Below are positions 9,008 through 19,694 of a DNA stretch of 64,000 bases, piece after piece. The notes below the pieces were generated by a model. The model did no database searches, was not told the origin of the DNA, and saw only the letters and a program-made list of their open reading frames with translations. The position numbers and the translations under genes were made by a program. This stretch comes from an uncultured Alphaproteobacteria bacterium. Its GTDB lineage: Bacteria; Electryoneota; RPQS01. Numbering within the stretch: position 1 is the first letter of the stretch; each line of letters starts with the position of its first letter. Location of the stretch: the NCBI GenBank assembly GCA_964530625.1, contig CAZHAK010000012.1:8654-72653 (forward strand), in the 5' to 3' direction.

Positions 9008-9766
9008 TTAAACTACGGTCAAAATATCTGCGTCGCCATCCGTGATGACAATTGTATGCTCAAAATGTGCGGCGGGTTGACGGTCGCGCGTCAGCACGTC
9101 CCAATCACCAATCATATCCACTTCCGGTCCGCCCATTGCGATCATAGGCTCAATGGCGATCACCATGTTCTTGCGAAGTAGAGGGCCTTTACCGGGAGCT
9201 CCGTAGTTTGGCACTTGCGGATCTTCCCAAAGACTTTTTCCGATACCGTGTCCCACTAATTCCCGAATCACCGAGAACCCGTGCGATTCCGCGTGTGATT
9301 GGACGGCGTGTCCGATGTTAGACAATCTCCTGCCAGCGCGAGCTTGTTCGATCCCTTTAGCGAGACATTCTTCGGTGACACGAATCAGTTCGGCTTCCCG
9401 TTCACTGATCTTGCCGATGGCGAATGTTCTCGCGCTGTCGGCATAGTACCCTTCATAGATCACGCCCAGGTCAAGTCCGATAATCTGTCCTTCTTCAATC
9501 ACGCGGCCCCTGGGCATACCGTGGACGACTTCTTCGTTGATCGAAAAACAAACGGAGTATGGGAATTTGACGCCATCGCCGTTCGGATGATTCTTGAAGG
9601 CGGGAATGGCTTTCTGTGAACGAATCGTCTCTTCGACAATTTTGTCCACGTCGTCGGCATTCGAGCCCGCGACCATAAGCGGCGCGGCGGCTTCAAACGC
9701 ACTGGCGAGGATTTGCCCTGCTTTGCGCATCAGGCGAATCTCCGCATCCGACTTTATGTGAATCAT
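9008..9766 (-). CDS. map: type I methionine aminopeptidase
   Basis: The sequence pattern is that of type I MetAP ('VCFSINEEVVHG...', 'GHGIGKSLWEDPQVPN', 'IEPMI') and the position after adk fits. Confidence 0.95.
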   Translation of the reverse strand: MIHIKSDAEIRLMRKAGQILASAFEAAAPLMVAGSNADDVDKIVEETIRSQKAIPAFKNHPNGDGVKFPYSVCFSINEEVVHGMPRGRVIEEGQIIGLDLGVIYEGYYADSARTFAIGKISEREAELIRVTEECLAKGIEQARAGRRLSNIGHAVQSHAESHGFSVIRELVGHGIGKSLWEDPQVPNYGAPGKGPLLRKNMVIAIEPMIAMGGPEVDMIGDWDVLTRDRQPAAHFEHTIVITDGDADILTVV

Positions 9767-10437
9767 TCGCTGATTCCGTCCAACTCAATCAAAACACGCG
9801 CGAACACTTCATTCGCGGTGCCCGTACCCGAAACCGTTTTCAAAGCGCGTTTGCGCTTGTAATAGTCCAGCAACGGCGCAGTTTTTTCGCGATAGATATT
9901 GAGGCGCGTTTTCACCGTTTCGGGTTGGTCGTCGTCGCGCTGAACGACTTGTGGAGTCTTGCCTTCAGGACACTTGTGCGCAGCAATCGCGGCTGAATCC
10001 GAAGTCAAATTGTAGGTCGCGCCGCAACTCAAACAGACTCTGCGGGAAGCTAACCGTTCAATAATCTCTTCATCCGGAACATCAATGGAAATCACGACGG
10101 GAGCAGGCAGATCAAACTCGGTAAGCAGAGTCTCGAGCGCGTCGGCTTGCGGGACAGTGCGTGGAAATCCATCGAAGATTGCTCCGCGAGCTGTGTCAGG
10201 TTTTTTCAAGCGCGACCGAACCAATTCAATCAACAGATCATCAGCGACCAATTCGCCTCGGCCCATGATATCCTGTACCTGTTTTCCCAACTCCGATTGC
10301 GCTTGAATCTCTGCACGGAGAATATCTCCGGTGGAGATTTGCGGTAACTTGAGCGCCTCAACGAGCTTTTTGGCTTGGGTTCCCTTCCCTACTCCAACCG
10401 CACCTAACAGAATAATCGAATAGCGGCTTACCGTCAT
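9763..10437 (-). CDS. adk: adenylate kinase
   Basis: P-loop 'GAVGVGKGTQ', a lid with CxxC, and the position after secY. Confidence 0.95.
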   Translation of the reverse strand: MTVSRYSIILLGAVGVGKGTQAKKLVEALKLPQISTGDILRAEIQAQSELGKQVQDIMGRGELVADDLLIELVRSRLKKPDTARGAIFDGFPRTVPQADALETLLTEFDLPAPVVISIDVPDEEIIERLASRRVCLSCGATYNLTSDSAAIAAHKCPEGKTPQVVQRDDDQPETVKTRLNIYREKTAPLLDYYKRKRALKTVSGTGTANEVFARVLIELDGISE

Positions 10438-10452
10438 CTCAGCACCAAAAGT

Positions 10453-11781
10453 TTACATTCTGCGGCGGCCACGGATTCGCCCGGATTTCATAATCCCGTC
10501 ATAGTGTCGCATGACCAAATGCGATTCAATTTGTTGCAGCGTATCGAGTGCGACGCCGACGATAATCAGCAAGCCAGTGCCGCCAAAGAACTGGGCGACG
10601 TTGTAGGACACACCGAATTGTCGAATAAAGATCGTCGGAAGCGTGGCGATGATTCCCAGGAAGATAGCGCCGGGCAGAGTGACTTTAGACAGAATGTTGT
10701 CAATAAAGTCGGACGTCTGCTTGCCGGGTCGAATACCGGGAATAAATCCGCCATTCTTCTTCATATTGTCTGCCAGATCAACGGGATTCAGAATAATCGC
10801 CGTGTAGAAATACGTGAAGAAGACGATCAGCAGGAACGTCATGGTCGAATAGACAAAGCTCTCGACGCCGAAGGCCTGTGTAAGATAGTCGCGGAATCCG
10901 CCTTCCGGCAGGAACGTCGCCACCGAGGATGGCACGAACATGATCGACTGGGCGAAGATGATGGGCATCACACCGGCGGAATTGACACGCAGCGGAATGT
11001 GCGTTGAGACACCACCGTACTGTTTGCGGCCCACGTTGCGCTTCGCGTACTGAACCGGAATCTTGCGCACGCCCTGGGTAAGAATGACGACCGAGGCCGT
11101 GATCACGAACAACAGTACCAAGAACACGACTTCCATCGCGATGTGACGCTGTCCGGTAGCAACCATCGTGAACTCTTCCAAGATCGCCGACGGCAGAGTA
11201 TTGATAATCCCCACCATGATGATCAACGATATACCGTTACCGATACCGCGTTCGGTAATCTGCTCACCGAGCCACATAATAAAAGTGGTTCCAGCGGCCA
11301 GCGTAATCATGGTCAAGAGATTAAAACCAATACCCGGGTCCGGCACGACGGGCACACCGGACGGCGATACCAAACGGGTCAAGAAAATCGAAACACCACC
11401 AGCCTGCATGGCGGACAACAGAACGGTACCGTAGCGGGTAAGCTGAGTAATTTTCTTGCGGCCCTCTTCGCCTTCTTTTTGCAGCTTCTGGAAATACGGT
11501 ACGACCGAACCCATAAGCTGGAAAATAATCGAGGCGGAGATGTACGGCATAATACCGAGGGCGAAAACGGTGGCGCGTTCAAAGGCACCGCCGACAAACA
11601 TATCATAGAGGCCAAACAGCGTCGTGCGGTTGGCGGCCATGAACTCGCCCATCGCGCTGGCGTTAATTCCGGCCAGCGGCACGTGACCACCGATGCGGTA
11701 CACGAGCAAAATGAGCAACGTAAACAGAATACGATCACGCAGCTCAGGGATTTTGAAGATGTTCGCGAAACGGTCGAGCAT
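10453..11781 (-). CDS. secY: preprotein translocase subunit SecY
   Basis: 442-aa polytopic membrane protein with canonical SecY sequence and position. Confidence 0.97.
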   Translation of the reverse strand: MLDRFANIFKIPELRDRILFTLLILLVYRIGGHVPLAGINASAMGEFMAANRTTLFGLYDMFVGGAFERATVFALGIMPYISASIIFQLMGSVVPYFQKLQKEGEEGRKKITQLTRYGTVLLSAMQAGGVSIFLTRLVSPSGVPVVPDPGIGFNLLTMITLAAGTTFIMWLGEQITERGIGNGISLIIMVGIINTLPSAILEEFTMVATGQRHIAMEVVFLVLLFVITASVVILTQGVRKIPVQYAKRNVGRKQYGGVSTHIPLRVNSAGVMPIIFAQSIMFVPSSVATFLPEGGFRDYLTQAFGVESFVYSTMTFLLIVFFTYFYTAIILNPVDLADNMKKNGGFIPGIRPGKQTSDFIDNILSKVTLPGAIFLGIIATLPTIFIRQFGVSYNVAQFFGGTGLLIIVGVALDTLQQIESHLVMRHYDGIMKSGRIRGRRRM

Positions 11782-12218
11782 TAGGCGGCAACCACACTAC
11801 CACCAGCGGCGGTAATTTTCTCAGCGGCAGCCTTCGACACCGTGCACATGGAAATCTGATACGCGCGATCGGCATCACCCATCGCGAGGATTTTCACGGC
11901 GGATTCGGCGTAGCGAATCAAACCGGCATTCTTCAATATCTCCGGGGTCACCGTGGTGTCTGACAATCTTTTCAGGTCACGCAGGTTGACGACTTCATTG
12001 CCTTCAGCCCAAACATTCGTAAAACCGCGCTTCGGTAAGCGGCGATGCAACGGCATCTGACCACCTTCAAAGCCGCGCTTATGTACGGAGCCTGAGCGCG
12101 AATAATATCCCTTTTCACCACGTCCGGAAGTCCCCCCCACGCCGGAACCGGGACCGCGTCCGAGGCGCTTTTTTGTCTGAGTGGAGCCGGGAGCGGGAGT
12201 GAGTTTATTCATACCCAT
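11781..12218 (-). CDS. rplO: 50S ribosomal protein L15
   Basis: Contains 'KLTPAPGSTQTKKRLGRGPGSG'. I placed the start at ATG 12218, which overlaps the rpmD stop as TAATG; ATG 12212 is also possible. The track ORF extends to 12251. Confidence 0.93.
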   Translation of the reverse strand: MGMNKLTPAPGSTQTKKRLGRGPGSGVGGTSGRGEKGYYSRSGSVHKRGFEGGQMPLHRRLPKRGFTNVWAEGNEVVNLRDLKRLSDTTVTPEILKNAGLIRYAESAVKILAMGDADRAYQISMCTVSKAAAEKITAAGGSVVAA

Positions 12219-12415
12219 TAGCTGCTGGCTCCTTCGTTGACTTGCTTCCATTCGACCATGTGCGAAACTTTCGCGATCATGCCACGAATAGCGGCGTTAT
12301 CGGGCAGGATTCTCGTTTCATTCAAACGATGAAATCCGAGAGCTTCGATGGTGCGCCGATGAAAGTAGGGTCGAGACGCGACGCTACGGATAAGTTTAAT
12401 TTCGAGCTTTGCCAT
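12218..12415 (-). CDS. rpmD: 50S ribosomal protein L30
   Basis: Sequence 'MAKLEIKLIRSVASRP...TIEALG' and its position. Confidence 0.95.
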   Translation of the reverse strand: MAKLEIKLIRSVASRPYFHRRTIEALGFHRLNETRILPDNAAIRGMIAKVSHMVEWKQVNEGASS

Positions 12416-12463
12416 GGTGCTATGAGATAAGTGAGCGCGCGACAGTCACGCGATCAGACTTAT

Positions 12464-13009
12464 TTAGAGAGTGAAGACTTCTTTTGTAGTGATACCTCGA
12501 CGCGCTGCCACCATGCGGGCGTCGTTCATTCCTTCCAGCGCGCGGAAGACCGCTTTGACGACATTGTGCGGGTTATTCGTGCCCATCACCTTCGTCAAGA
12601 CATCGCGCACGCCGAGACACTCCATAACCATACGAACCGAACCACCGGCGATGACGCCCGTACCGGCAGAAGCGGGACGCAAAAACACTTTGCCCGCTCC
12701 AAATTTTCCGTGCGTGGCATGCGGAAGTGTTTGACCTAAAAGCGGGTAGCGCTTCAGACTGCGCTTGGCCACTTCAGTGCCTTTGCGGATGGCGTCGGCG
12801 ACTTCATTCGCTTTGCCGAGACCGAAGCCTGCACGTCCATGTCCATCGCCGACGATGACGATAGCATTGAACGAGAAGTTACGACCGCCCTTAACGACTT
12901 TGGCGACGCGATTGACTGCGACGAGTTTTTCGAGCAGGGATTCTCCGCCGGCATATTCAGCCGAGCGGTCTTCGCGGTCACGGCCGCGGCGGGGATTATT
13001 GCCGTTCAT
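12464..13009 (-). CDS. rpsE: 30S ribosomal protein S5
   Basis: Contains '[24 protein letters not shown]'. Has a basic N-terminal extension. Confidence 0.97.
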   Translation of the reverse strand: MNGNNPRRGRDREDRSAEYAGGESLLEKLVAVNRVAKVVKGGRNFSFNAIVIVGDGHGRAGFGLGKANEVADAIRKGTEVAKRSLKRYPLLGQTLPHATHGKFGAGKVFLRPASAGTGVIAGGSVRMVMECLGVRDVLTKVMGTNNPHNVVKAVFRALEGMNDARMVAARRGITTKEVFTL

Positions 13010-13024
13010 CTGCGCTTACTGTGT

Positions 13025-13396
13025 TTAGAATTTGAGGCCGCCTTTACGCGCGCCTTCGGCCACTGCTTTCACGCGGCCATGATACGGGAAGCCGTTGCGA
13101 TCGAACACAATGGTTTCGATAGATTTTTCGCGAGCTTTTTTCGCGCACAAATCGCCGACCAATTCGGCCACTTGCGTGGGGTTTTTACCGTCGGTTTGCC
13201 CTTTCAAATCGGGCGACAGTGACGACACACCGAATAGGGTCTGGCCCGACACGTCGTCCACGAGCTGCGCATACATATGCGCGACACTTCGATAGATAAC
13301 CATGCGCGGGCGAACGGCGGTACCGTTAACGACCTTGCGGATGTGCATCTTGCGGCGCACTCTGGCGCGCTTGCGTATGGCAATTTTTCTTGACAC
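13025..13396 (-). CDS. rplR: 50S ribosomal protein L18
   Basis: Sequence and synteny. Confidence 0.96.
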   Translation of the reverse strand: MSRKIAIRKRARVRRKMHIRKVVNGTAVRPRMVIYRSVAHMYAQLVDDVSGQTLFGVSSLSPDLKGQTDGKNPTQVAELVGDLCAKKAREKSIETIVFDRNGFPYHGRVKAVAEGARKGGLKF

Positions 13397-13428
13397 GAAT
13401 GGAACGCTATCTACAATTTAATAAATGC

Positions 13429-13965
13429 TTACTTACCGGTCTTACCGGCCTTACGATGAATGTGTTCGCCGGTGTACATGATGCCCTTGCCTTTGTACGG
13501 TTCAGGCTTGCGGACTGAACGAATCGTCGCGGCAATCTGTCCGACCATCTCACGGTCTACACCGCTGACCATAATGGTAGTCGGGCCAGTGACGTCGGCT
13601 TTGACGTCAGGCGGAATCACGACAAAGACGGGATGACTAAAACCGACGTTAAGGAGAATGCCGCGCTTTTTGGCTTCGACTTTGAAACCGACGCCGACAA
13701 TCTGCAACTCTTTTTTGAAACCATCGGTAACGCCGACGACCATGTTGTTTAACAAAGCGCGCGACAGGCCGTGCAGTTGGCGATGAGCTTTTCCGTCTGT
13801 CGGGCGGTGACATGTGAGTGTTCCGTCATCCAACTTGATGGCAATATCCTCATGGAACGTGCGTGAAAGCTCTCCCTTAGGTCCTTTAACGGTGACCTCG
13901 GGCCCGTTGAGCTTTACCTCGACGCCTTTAGGTAGTGTGATGGGTGCGCGACCGACGCGTGACAC
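13429..13965 (-). CDS. rplF: 50S ribosomal protein L6
   Basis: N-terminus 'MSRVGRAPITLPKGVEVKL' and synteny. Confidence 0.97.
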   Translation of the reverse strand: MSRVGRAPITLPKGVEVKLNGPEVTVKGPKGELSRTFHEDIAIKLDDGTLTCHRPTDGKAHRQLHGLSRALLNNMVVGVTDGFKKELQIVGVGFKVEAKKRGILLNVGFSHPVFVVIPPDVKADVTGPTTIMVSGVDREMVGQIAATIRSVRKPEPYKGKGIMYTGEHIHRKAGKTGK

Positions 13966-13988
13966 GATGTAACTCCGTGGAAATTAGT

Positions 13989-14384
13989 TTACCAGACTTC
14001 AGCCAGGACTTCACCTCCGACTCCGGCGCGTCGCGCCTGATTGCCGGTCAGTAGCCCTTTGGGTGTCGTCAGAATCGCGATGCCGAGTCCATTCAGCACG
14101 CGGGGGATTTCGAATTGATTAACATATCGGCGCAAGCCGGGAGTCGAGATACGACGCAAGCCTTGGATAGCGGGTTGTCCATTGCTATACTTCAGATAGA
14201 CTCTAATGAATCCTTGGGGGCCCTCATCAACTTGCACAAAGTCACGGATATAGTAGGCCTCGAGCAGAACGCGCGCGAGATCGTGTTTCATTTTGGAGAA
14301 GGGAATGTCAACGTACGTTTTACGCGCGTTGATCGCGTTACGCACGCGAGTCAGGAAATCAGCAATAGGATCGGTTGTCGGCAT
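13989..14384 (-). CDS. rpsH: 30S ribosomal protein S8
   Basis: N-terminus 'DPIADFLTRVRNA' and synteny. Confidence 0.97.
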   Translation of the reverse strand: MPTTDPIADFLTRVRNAINARKTYVDIPFSKMKHDLARVLLEAYYIRDFVQVDEGPQGFIRVYLKYSNGQPAIQGLRRISTPGLRRYVNQFEIPRVLNGLGIAILTTPKGLLTGNQARRAGVGGEVLAEVW

Positions 14385-14399
14385 GGTTGTGTTTCGTGC

Positions 14400-14585
14400 T
14401 TACCAACTTGACTTAACAACACCCGGAATATCACCGGCGTGGGCGAGATCTCTGAAGCAGAGCCTGCAGAGGCCAAACTTTTTATAGACAGCGCGCGGAC
14501 GACCGCATCGGCGGCAGCGTGTGTAGGCTCGCACCTTGAACTTCGGGGTTTTCTTCGCTTTCGCGATCATGCAGGCTTTAGCCAT
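14400..14585 (-). CDS. rpsZ: 30S ribosomal protein S14, type Z (zinc-binding)
   Basis: 61 aa with 'CRRCGRP...CRLCFR' (CxxC...CxxC). Confidence 0.96.
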   Translation of the reverse strand: MAKACMIAKAKKTPKFKVRAYTRCRRCGRPRAVYKKFGLCRLCFRDLAHAGDIPGVVKSSW

Positions 14586-14606
14586 AGTATCGTCGTTTTG
14601 AAAGGG

Positions 14607-15314
14607 TTATGCCGCTGCGGCGACTTTTTTGTCTTCACGCTTACGGAACGGAAGGCCGAGCTGTTTCAGCAGTTCGTAGGCTTCTTTGTCCGATTTTGCG
14701 CTGGTCACAAAGGTGATGTCCATGCCGCGAATCTTCTCAACCTTATCGAGGTCAATTTCAGGGAAGATGATTTGTTCACGCAGACCGAGCGAGAAATTGC
14801 CGCGACCGTCGAAACCACGATCTGGCAAACCACGAAAGTCACGGATGCGAGGAGTCGCCATTGAAACAAAGCGATCCAGAAACTCCCACATGGCAGTGCG
14901 GCGCAGTGTCACGAAGACGCCGACAGGCATACCTTCACGGAGTTTGAAATTCGAGACGGATTTGCGTGCTTTGGCGACCGTCGGCTTTTGGCCCGTGATC
15001 ATCGCGACTTCCTTGACGATGCCCTCAACCACACGCGGGTTCAGAGTCGCATCACCGCAGCCAACGTTGAGAGTAATCTTCTGCAACCGCGGGAGCTCCA
15101 TCGGATTTTTGTAACCGAACGTCTTGGTCAGGCCGGGCACGACATTTTCATTGTAGTGCGTGACAAGACGCGGCACGTAACCTTTCGGGAGCGCGGGGCG
15201 CTCACCTGCGACGTTTAGTCCACCGCCCTTGCTGCTGCCGGCTTTGGCGGGTTTGCCTTGCGGTGCGCCGCCACTTTTCGGTTTCGCTTTGGGTTTTGCT
15301 TTTTCAGCGCTCAT
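14607..15314 (-). CDS. rplE: 50S ribosomal protein L5 with ~45-aa K/P/A-rich N-terminal extension
   Basis: The core begins near '[15 protein letters not shown]...[11 protein letters not shown]'. The start ATG overlaps the rplX stop as TAATG, and there is no internal start before the core. Confidence 0.95.
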   Translation of the reverse strand: MSAEKAKPKAKPKSGGAPQGKPAKAGSSKGGGLNVAGERPALPKGYVPRLVTHYNENVVPGLTKTFGYKNPMELPRLQKITLNVGCGDATLNPRVVEGIVKEVAMITGQKPTVAKARKSVSNFKLREGMPVGVFVTLRRTAMWEFLDRFVSMATPRIRDFRGLPDRGFDGRGNFSLGLREQIIFPEIDLDKVEKIRGMDITFVTSAKSDKEAYELLKQLGLPFRKREDKKVAAAA

Positions 15315-15637
15315 TATTCGGGAATCATTTCGTTAGACACGCGCGCAATACGGACACGCTTGTTGCCCTCGGCGCTTTTCAAAACAGTATGGCCCACGCG
15401 GGTCGGCTTGCCGCTCTTGGGATCAATCAGCATCACGTTAGAAACGTGGACGGTGCCTTCACGCTTGACGATGCCGCCCTGCTGATTTTGCTGACTAGGC
15501 TTGGTGTGGCGCATGATAAAATTCACGCCTTCGACCACGATGCGAAGTTTGTCGGGAAAGACCTTCAGGACTTTACCGCGTTTTCCGCGATCGTTGCCCG
15601 CGGTGACTTGCACCATATCATTCTTACGGATTTTCAT
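15314..15637 (-). CDS. rplX: 50S ribosomal protein L24
   Basis: N-terminus '[24 protein letters not shown]'. Confidence 0.97.
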   Translation of the reverse strand: MKIRKNDMVQVTAGNDRGKRGKVLKVFPDKLRIVVEGVNFIMRHTKPSQQNQQGGIVKREGTVHVSNVMLIDPKSGKPTRVGHTVLKSAEGNKRVRIARVSNEMIPE

Positions 15638-15646
15638 AGCGGTTCC

Positions 15647-16015
15647 TTAGATCACCTCGGGCGCGAGGGACACGATCTTCATAAATTGTTTGTCGCGCAA
15701 CTCGCGCGCGACAGGTCCGAAGATACGCGTTCCAATCGGCTCGTTATCTTTATTGATCAGCACGGCGGCGTTTTCATCGAAGCGGATGTAGGATCCGTCC
15801 GACCGGCGCACTTCCTTGGCTGTGCGCACGATAACAGCGCGCGACTTGGAGCCCTTTTTTATGTTCGAATTCGGAATCGCCGTGCGCACCGAGACCATGA
15901 TAATATCGCCGACGGAGGCCGAGCGTCGTCCGGTGCCGCCATAGATCCGGAAGCAACGGACTTTTTTGGCGCCTGTGTTATCAGCAACATTGAGAACGGT
16001 ATATTCCTGAATCAT
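15647..16015 (-). CDS. rplN: 50S ribosomal protein L14
   Basis: N-terminus '[19 protein letters not shown]'. Confidence 0.98.
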   Translation of the reverse strand: MIQEYTVLNVADNTGAKKVRCFRIYGGTGRRSASVGDIIMVSVRTAIPNSNIKKGSKSRAVIVRTAKEVRRSDGSYIRFDENAAVLINKDNEPIGTRIFGPVARELRDKQFMKIVSLAPEVI

Positions 16016-16018
16016 GGT

Positions 16019-16312
16019 TTACTTCTTCTTCTCAATGATTTCAATCAGGCGCCAGTTTTTACGCTTGGAAAGCGGTCGCGTTTCCATAATGCGCACTTTG
16101 TCGCCGATATTGCATTCGTTCTGACTGTCTTCAGCCATGAACTTTTGGGAAAGCTTAATATACTTGCCGAACAACGGATGCTTGACGCGGCGTTCAACTT
16201 TGACGACGATAGTCTTTTGCATTTTGTTCGAGACCACGAAACCGACGCGTGACTTACGCAGGCCGCGAGAATCGTCTTTGGAAATCTCTTTTAGGACAGC
16301 GACGTCGCTCAT
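16019..16312 (-). CDS. rpsQ: 30S ribosomal protein S17
   Basis: Sequence and synteny. Confidence 0.96.
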   Translation of the reverse strand: MSDVAVLKEISKDDSRGLRKSRVGFVVSNKMQKTIVVKVERRVKHPLFGKYIKLSQKFMAEDSQNECNIGDKVRIMETRPLSKRKNWRLIEIIEKKK

Positions 16313-16521
16313 TTCACGCTACCTTTGCTCTGGCGGATGCCAAGTTCATGCTCACGAAGGAGGGTACGCAAACGCGCAATATCCCGGCGAACGCCGCGGA
16401 CGCGGACAGTATTCGGCAATTGTCCGGCGTCAAGCTGAAAGCGCAAGGCTTCCAGATTATCTTCGGATTCGATGAGCCGGTTTTCCAACTCGGCGGGAGC
16501 GAGCTCTTTAAGCTCAGTCAT
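16309..16521 (-). CDS. rpmC: 50S ribosomal protein L29
   Basis: Starting at '[16 protein letters not shown]...' aligns with canonical L29 N-termini. The track ORF start at 16551 is an alternative. Confidence 0.9.
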   Translation of the reverse strand: MTELKELAPAELENRLIESEDNLEALRFQLDAGQLPNTVRVRGVRRDIARLRTLLREHELGIRQSKGSVK

Positions 16522-16557
16522 TTTTTGGGGTCTTGCGTTTCCGGATGCCATACTTGC

Positions 16558-16977
16558 TTACGAGTGAACGGTTTCGCGTTCAACAAACTTGGTTTTAATG
16601 GGCAGCTTCTGCGCTGCAAGACGAAGAGCTTCACGCGCGAGTTCGCGTGTAACTCCTTCGAGTTCAAATAGGATGCGGCCCGGTCGAATGACGGCACAGT
16701 AAAAATCAGTTGCGCCCTTGCCCTTGCCTTGACGGACTTCAAGCGGCTTTTTCGATACGGGCTTGTCGGGGAAGACACGAATCCAGACTTTGCCACCACG
16801 TTTAATGTGGCGTGTCATGGCCACACGGGCAGCTTCGATTTGGCGCGCGGTCATCCAGCAATCATCCATGGCTTTCAAGCCAAATTCACCGAAGGCGACG
16901 TCGCACCCGCAGTAGTCGTAGCCTTTGCGGCGGCGGCGCTGCTGTTTACGGAATTTAAGTCTTTTGGGCGTAAGCAT
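16558..16977 (-). CDS. rplP: 50S ribosomal protein L16
   Basis: N-terminus '[19 protein letters not shown]'. Confidence 0.98.
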   Translation of the reverse strand: MLTPKRLKFRKQQRRRRKGYDYCGCDVAFGEFGLKAMDDCWMTARQIEAARVAMTRHIKRGGKVWIRVFPDKPVSKKPLEVRQGKGKGATDFYCAVIRPGRILFELEGVTRELAREALRLAAQKLPIKTKFVERETVHS

Positions 16978-16989
16978 GGGTTAATAAAA

Positions 16990-17736
16990 TCAGTTGGAGT
17001 GACGGCGATCACGTCCGCGTCCACGATCCCGGTGATCGCGATCTCCGCGGCTGAAGCCCTCAGGTCCTGAGTCGGGACGTTCAATAGCGTCCGGTCCGTT
17101 GACTTTGCCTTTGCCGATGACTTCACCGCGGCAAATCCAGACTTTGACGCCGATCGTGCCGTAGGTGGTGCGGGCAACAGACAGTGCGTAATCAATATCG
17201 GCACGCAGCGTATGCAGCGGCGTGCGGCCTTCTTTATATCCTTCGGTACGCGACATTTCGGCACCGCCCAAGCGACCGGACACGAGAACCTTGATTCCCT
17301 CGGCGCCCATGCGCATCGTGGTTTGAATCGCTTTTTTCATAGCACGGCGGAACGAAACGCGTCCTTCAAGCTGCTGGGCAATCATATCGGCGACGAGCTT
17401 GGCTTCAAGTTCAGGACGCTTGATTTCATAGATATTCACTTGGACGTCGCGCTTTGTCAGCTTTTTGAGTTCAGCTTTAAGCTTATCCACTTCCGACCCT
17501 TTGCGGCCGATAACAATACCGGGGCGCGCTGTGCGAATCGTGAGTGTGAGCATCTTCGGTGTGCGCTCGAAAGTGATACCCGCAACTGAAGCGCCTTTGA
17601 GACGCTGCATCAGGTATTTGCGGAGATAAAGGTCTTCTTCGAGCTTATCGGCAAAGTTACGCTCATCGAACCAATGACTGTTCCATGTGCGGATGATGCC
17701 TGTGCGAAGGCCGATCGGATGAACTTTCTGACCCAC
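16990..17736 (-). CDS. rpsC: 30S ribosomal protein S3 (R/D/G-rich C-terminal tail)
   Basis: N-terminus '[14 protein letters not shown]...', with the tail '[19 protein letters not shown]'. Confidence 0.97.
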   Translation of the reverse strand: MGQKVHPIGLRTGIIRTWNSHWFDERNFADKLEEDLYLRKYLMQRLKGASVAGITFERTPKMLTLTIRTARPGIVIGRKGSEVDKLKAELKKLTKRDVQVNIYEIKRPELEAKLVADMIAQQLEGRVSFRRAMKKAIQTTMRMGAEGIKVLVSGRLGGAEMSRTEGYKEGRTPLHTLRADIDYALSVARTTYGTIGVKVWICRGEVIGKGKVNGPDAIERPDSGPEGFSRGDRDHRDRGRGRDRRHSN

Positions 17737-17738
17737 AG

Positions 17739-18233
17739 TTACTCAGACTTACTTTTAGGGGTGGATTTTTTCTTCGCCGCGGTTTTCTTGGCGGCGGCTT
17801 TTTTCGCAGGCTTCTTGGCAGCCTTCTTAACGGGCGCGGCCTTAACCGCTTCCGTCTCGGGCTCTTCACTCGCGCCGGCGGTTGCGACAACCGGAGTAGA
17901 CACGATCACAGTCAGGTGTGACATCCGCTTCTTAATCGGCGTAGCGCGACCCTGCGCGCGCGGCATGAAGCGATGCATGGTTGGACCTTCGTCGGCAAAG
18001 ATCGTGCGGACATGCAGGGAATCAATCTCCGCTGAGGTTGCGTCATGCAATTGCGCGTAGTTCGCGACGGCGGATTGAATGGCCTTTAACGTCGGCTCGG
18101 ACGCCGAGCGCGGTGTGAACTTCAAGATATTAATTGCATCGCTGATGTTCTTTCCGCGCACAAGATCAGCCACCAGGCGCATCTTGCGGGGAGTCACGCG
18201 AACAAAGCGGGCAACGCAACGTGCTTCTTCCAT
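17739..18233 (-). CDS. rplV: 50S ribosomal protein L22 with ~50-aa A/K/P-rich C-terminal tail
   Basis: The core is about 113 aa ('[20 protein letters not shown]'). It is followed by the tail '[36 protein letters not shown]'. Confidence 0.96.
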   Translation of the reverse strand: MEEARCVARFVRVTPRKMRLVADLVRGKNISDAINILKFTPRSASEPTLKAIQSAVANYAQLHDATSAEIDSLHVRTIFADEGPTMHRFMPRAQGRATPIKKRMSHLTVIVSTPVVATAGASEEPETEAVKAAPVKKAAKKPAKKAAAKKTAAKKKSTPKSKSE

Positions 18234-18242
18234 CGTCCTACC

Positions 18243-18530
18243 TTACTTCTTCCGGGCGGTAGCTTCCGCCTTCTTTTCCGTGTGTCCCTTAAAGGTGCGG
18301 GTCAGCGCGAATTCGCCGAGCTTATGTCCGACCATGTTCTCCGTGATGTATACCGGGAGGAACTTGCGACCGTTATGCACGGCCAGCGTATGCCCCACGA
18401 AATCCGGGGAGATGACACTGCGACGCGACCAGGTCTTCAGCACCTTCTTTTCATTCTTGTCGTTCATCTGTTGTATACGCATATCTAAACGCGCATCGAT
18501 GTACGGACCTTTTTTAAGCGAACGGGCCAT
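18243..18530 (-). CDS. rpsS: 30S ribosomal protein S19
   Basis: N-terminus '[12 protein letters not shown]' and '[16 protein letters not shown]'. Confidence 0.98.
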   Translation of the reverse strand: MARSLKKGPYIDARLDMRIQQMNDKNEKKVLKTWSRRSVISPDFVGHTLAVHNGRKFLPVYITENMVGHKLGEFALTRTFKGHTEKKAEATARKK

Positions 18531-18542
18531 TGCGGATAATAA

Positions 18543-19388
18543 TTATGAGAGTTGCGTCTTGTCGCGACGGCGACGGACGATCAGTTTATTCGATTTTTTG
18601 CGCGGGTTACGCGTCTTCAAACCTTTGGTAATCTTTCCCCACGGAGTCGTCGGATGACGTCCACCGGAGCTTCTACCTTCACCACCACCCATCGGATGGT
18701 CAACGGGATTCTTCGTCACGCCGCGGTTGTGACCACGACGCCCCAGCCAGCGAGTACGGCCAGCCTTGCCCGACACGACGCTTTCGTGATCAAGATTACC
18801 GACCTGACCGATGGTGGCCATACACATAGCGGGGACGCGTCGCACTTCACCCGAAGGGAGCTTGATTAGCGCGTAATTTTCGTCAACTGCCATCAATTGA
18901 CAAGCGGCTCCAGCGCTGCGGGAAATCTGTCCGCCCTTACCCACACGCATTTCCACGTTATGGATAAAGGTCGCCAGCGGAATCTTTGCAAGTGGAAGCG
19001 CATTGCCGACGCGGATGTCGGCTTCCTTGCGTGACGACATAACTTTGTCGCCAACTTTCAGCCCGTCGGGCGCAATAATATAACGTTTCTCGCCATCCGC
19101 ATAAAACAGCAAAGCGATATTTGCAGAACGGTTGGGGTCGTACTCCAAGCGCTCAACTTTCGCAGGGATGTCGTATTTGTTGCGACGGAAATCAACGATG
19201 CGGTAACGGCGTTTGTGCCCGCCACCGGTATTGATATTGGTTGCCCGTCCGAGATTGTTGCGGCCGCCCGTCTTGGACAGGGGAGCAAGCAAGCTCTTCT
19301 CGGGATCACCCTGCCACAAGTCTGTCCGCACGAGAACGGTGCGGTAGCGTTGGGACGGGGTCAGGGGGCGAAACTTCTTCAGCGGCAT
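18543..19388 (-). CDS. rplB: 50S ribosomal protein L2
   Basis: Contains '[21 protein letters not shown]'. Confidence 0.98.
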   Translation of the reverse strand: MPLKKFRPLTPSQRYRTVLVRTDLWQGDPEKSLLAPLSKTGGRNNLGRATNINTGGGHKRRYRIVDFRRNKYDIPAKVERLEYDPNRSANIALLFYADGEKRYIIAPDGLKVGDKVMSSRKEADIRVGNALPLAKIPLATFIHNVEMRVGKGGQISRSAGAACQLMAVDENYALIKLPSGEVRRVPAMCMATIGQVGNLDHESVVSGKAGRTRWLGRRGHNRGVTKNPVDHPMGGGEGRSSGGRHPTTPWGKITKGLKTRNPRKKSNKLIVRRRRDKTQLS

Positions 19389-19403
19389 GGTAAATGGAAA
19401 CTC

Positions 19404-19694
19404 TTAGACGTTTTGCGCCAGCTCGATGGTGTCACCCTTTTTCAGGGTGACGATCGCTTTCTTCCAATTGGGGCGACGGCCTTCAAAGCGGCCCAGTCGC
19501 TTGGTCTTCCCGCGCACGTTCATGGTTTGAACGGCGAGGACGGACACTTCGTACTTCTTTTCGACAGCGCGCTTGATTTCGATCTTGTTGGCTTTCGGGT
19601 CAACTTCAAAGAAGTACTGATTGAAAGCATCTTGCGCGGCGGTAATTTTTTCCGTCAGCAACGGCTTGCGGAGGACGCTTCGCTTATGCAGCAT
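19404..19694 (-). CDS. rplW: 50S ribosomal protein L23
   Basis: Sequence and synteny. Confidence 0.95.
   Translation of the reverse strand: MLHKRSVLRKPLLTEKITAAQDAFNQYFFEVDPKANKIEIKRAVEKKYEVSVLAVQTMNVRGKTKRLGRFEGRRPNWKKAIVTLKKGDTIELAQNV

Noticed and set aside
9763-10437. Atypical adenylate kinase lid (CLSC ... HKCPEG, three Cys instead of four)
   Set aside because: Lid metal-site variants (Cys/His/Asp substitutions) are common across bacteria, so this is not noteworthy without structural data.
15263-16252. 329-aa plus-strand ORF, with similar long ORFs at 7092-7859, 20244-21041, 21643-22431, 37011-37694 and 49485-50114
   Set aside because: All lie antisense to unmistakable conserved genes (rplX/rplN/rpsQ, rpsD, rplC, fusA, tuf and others). 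Their translations are low-complexity and R/H/D/G-rich, typical of shadow ORFs in GC-rich coding DNA.
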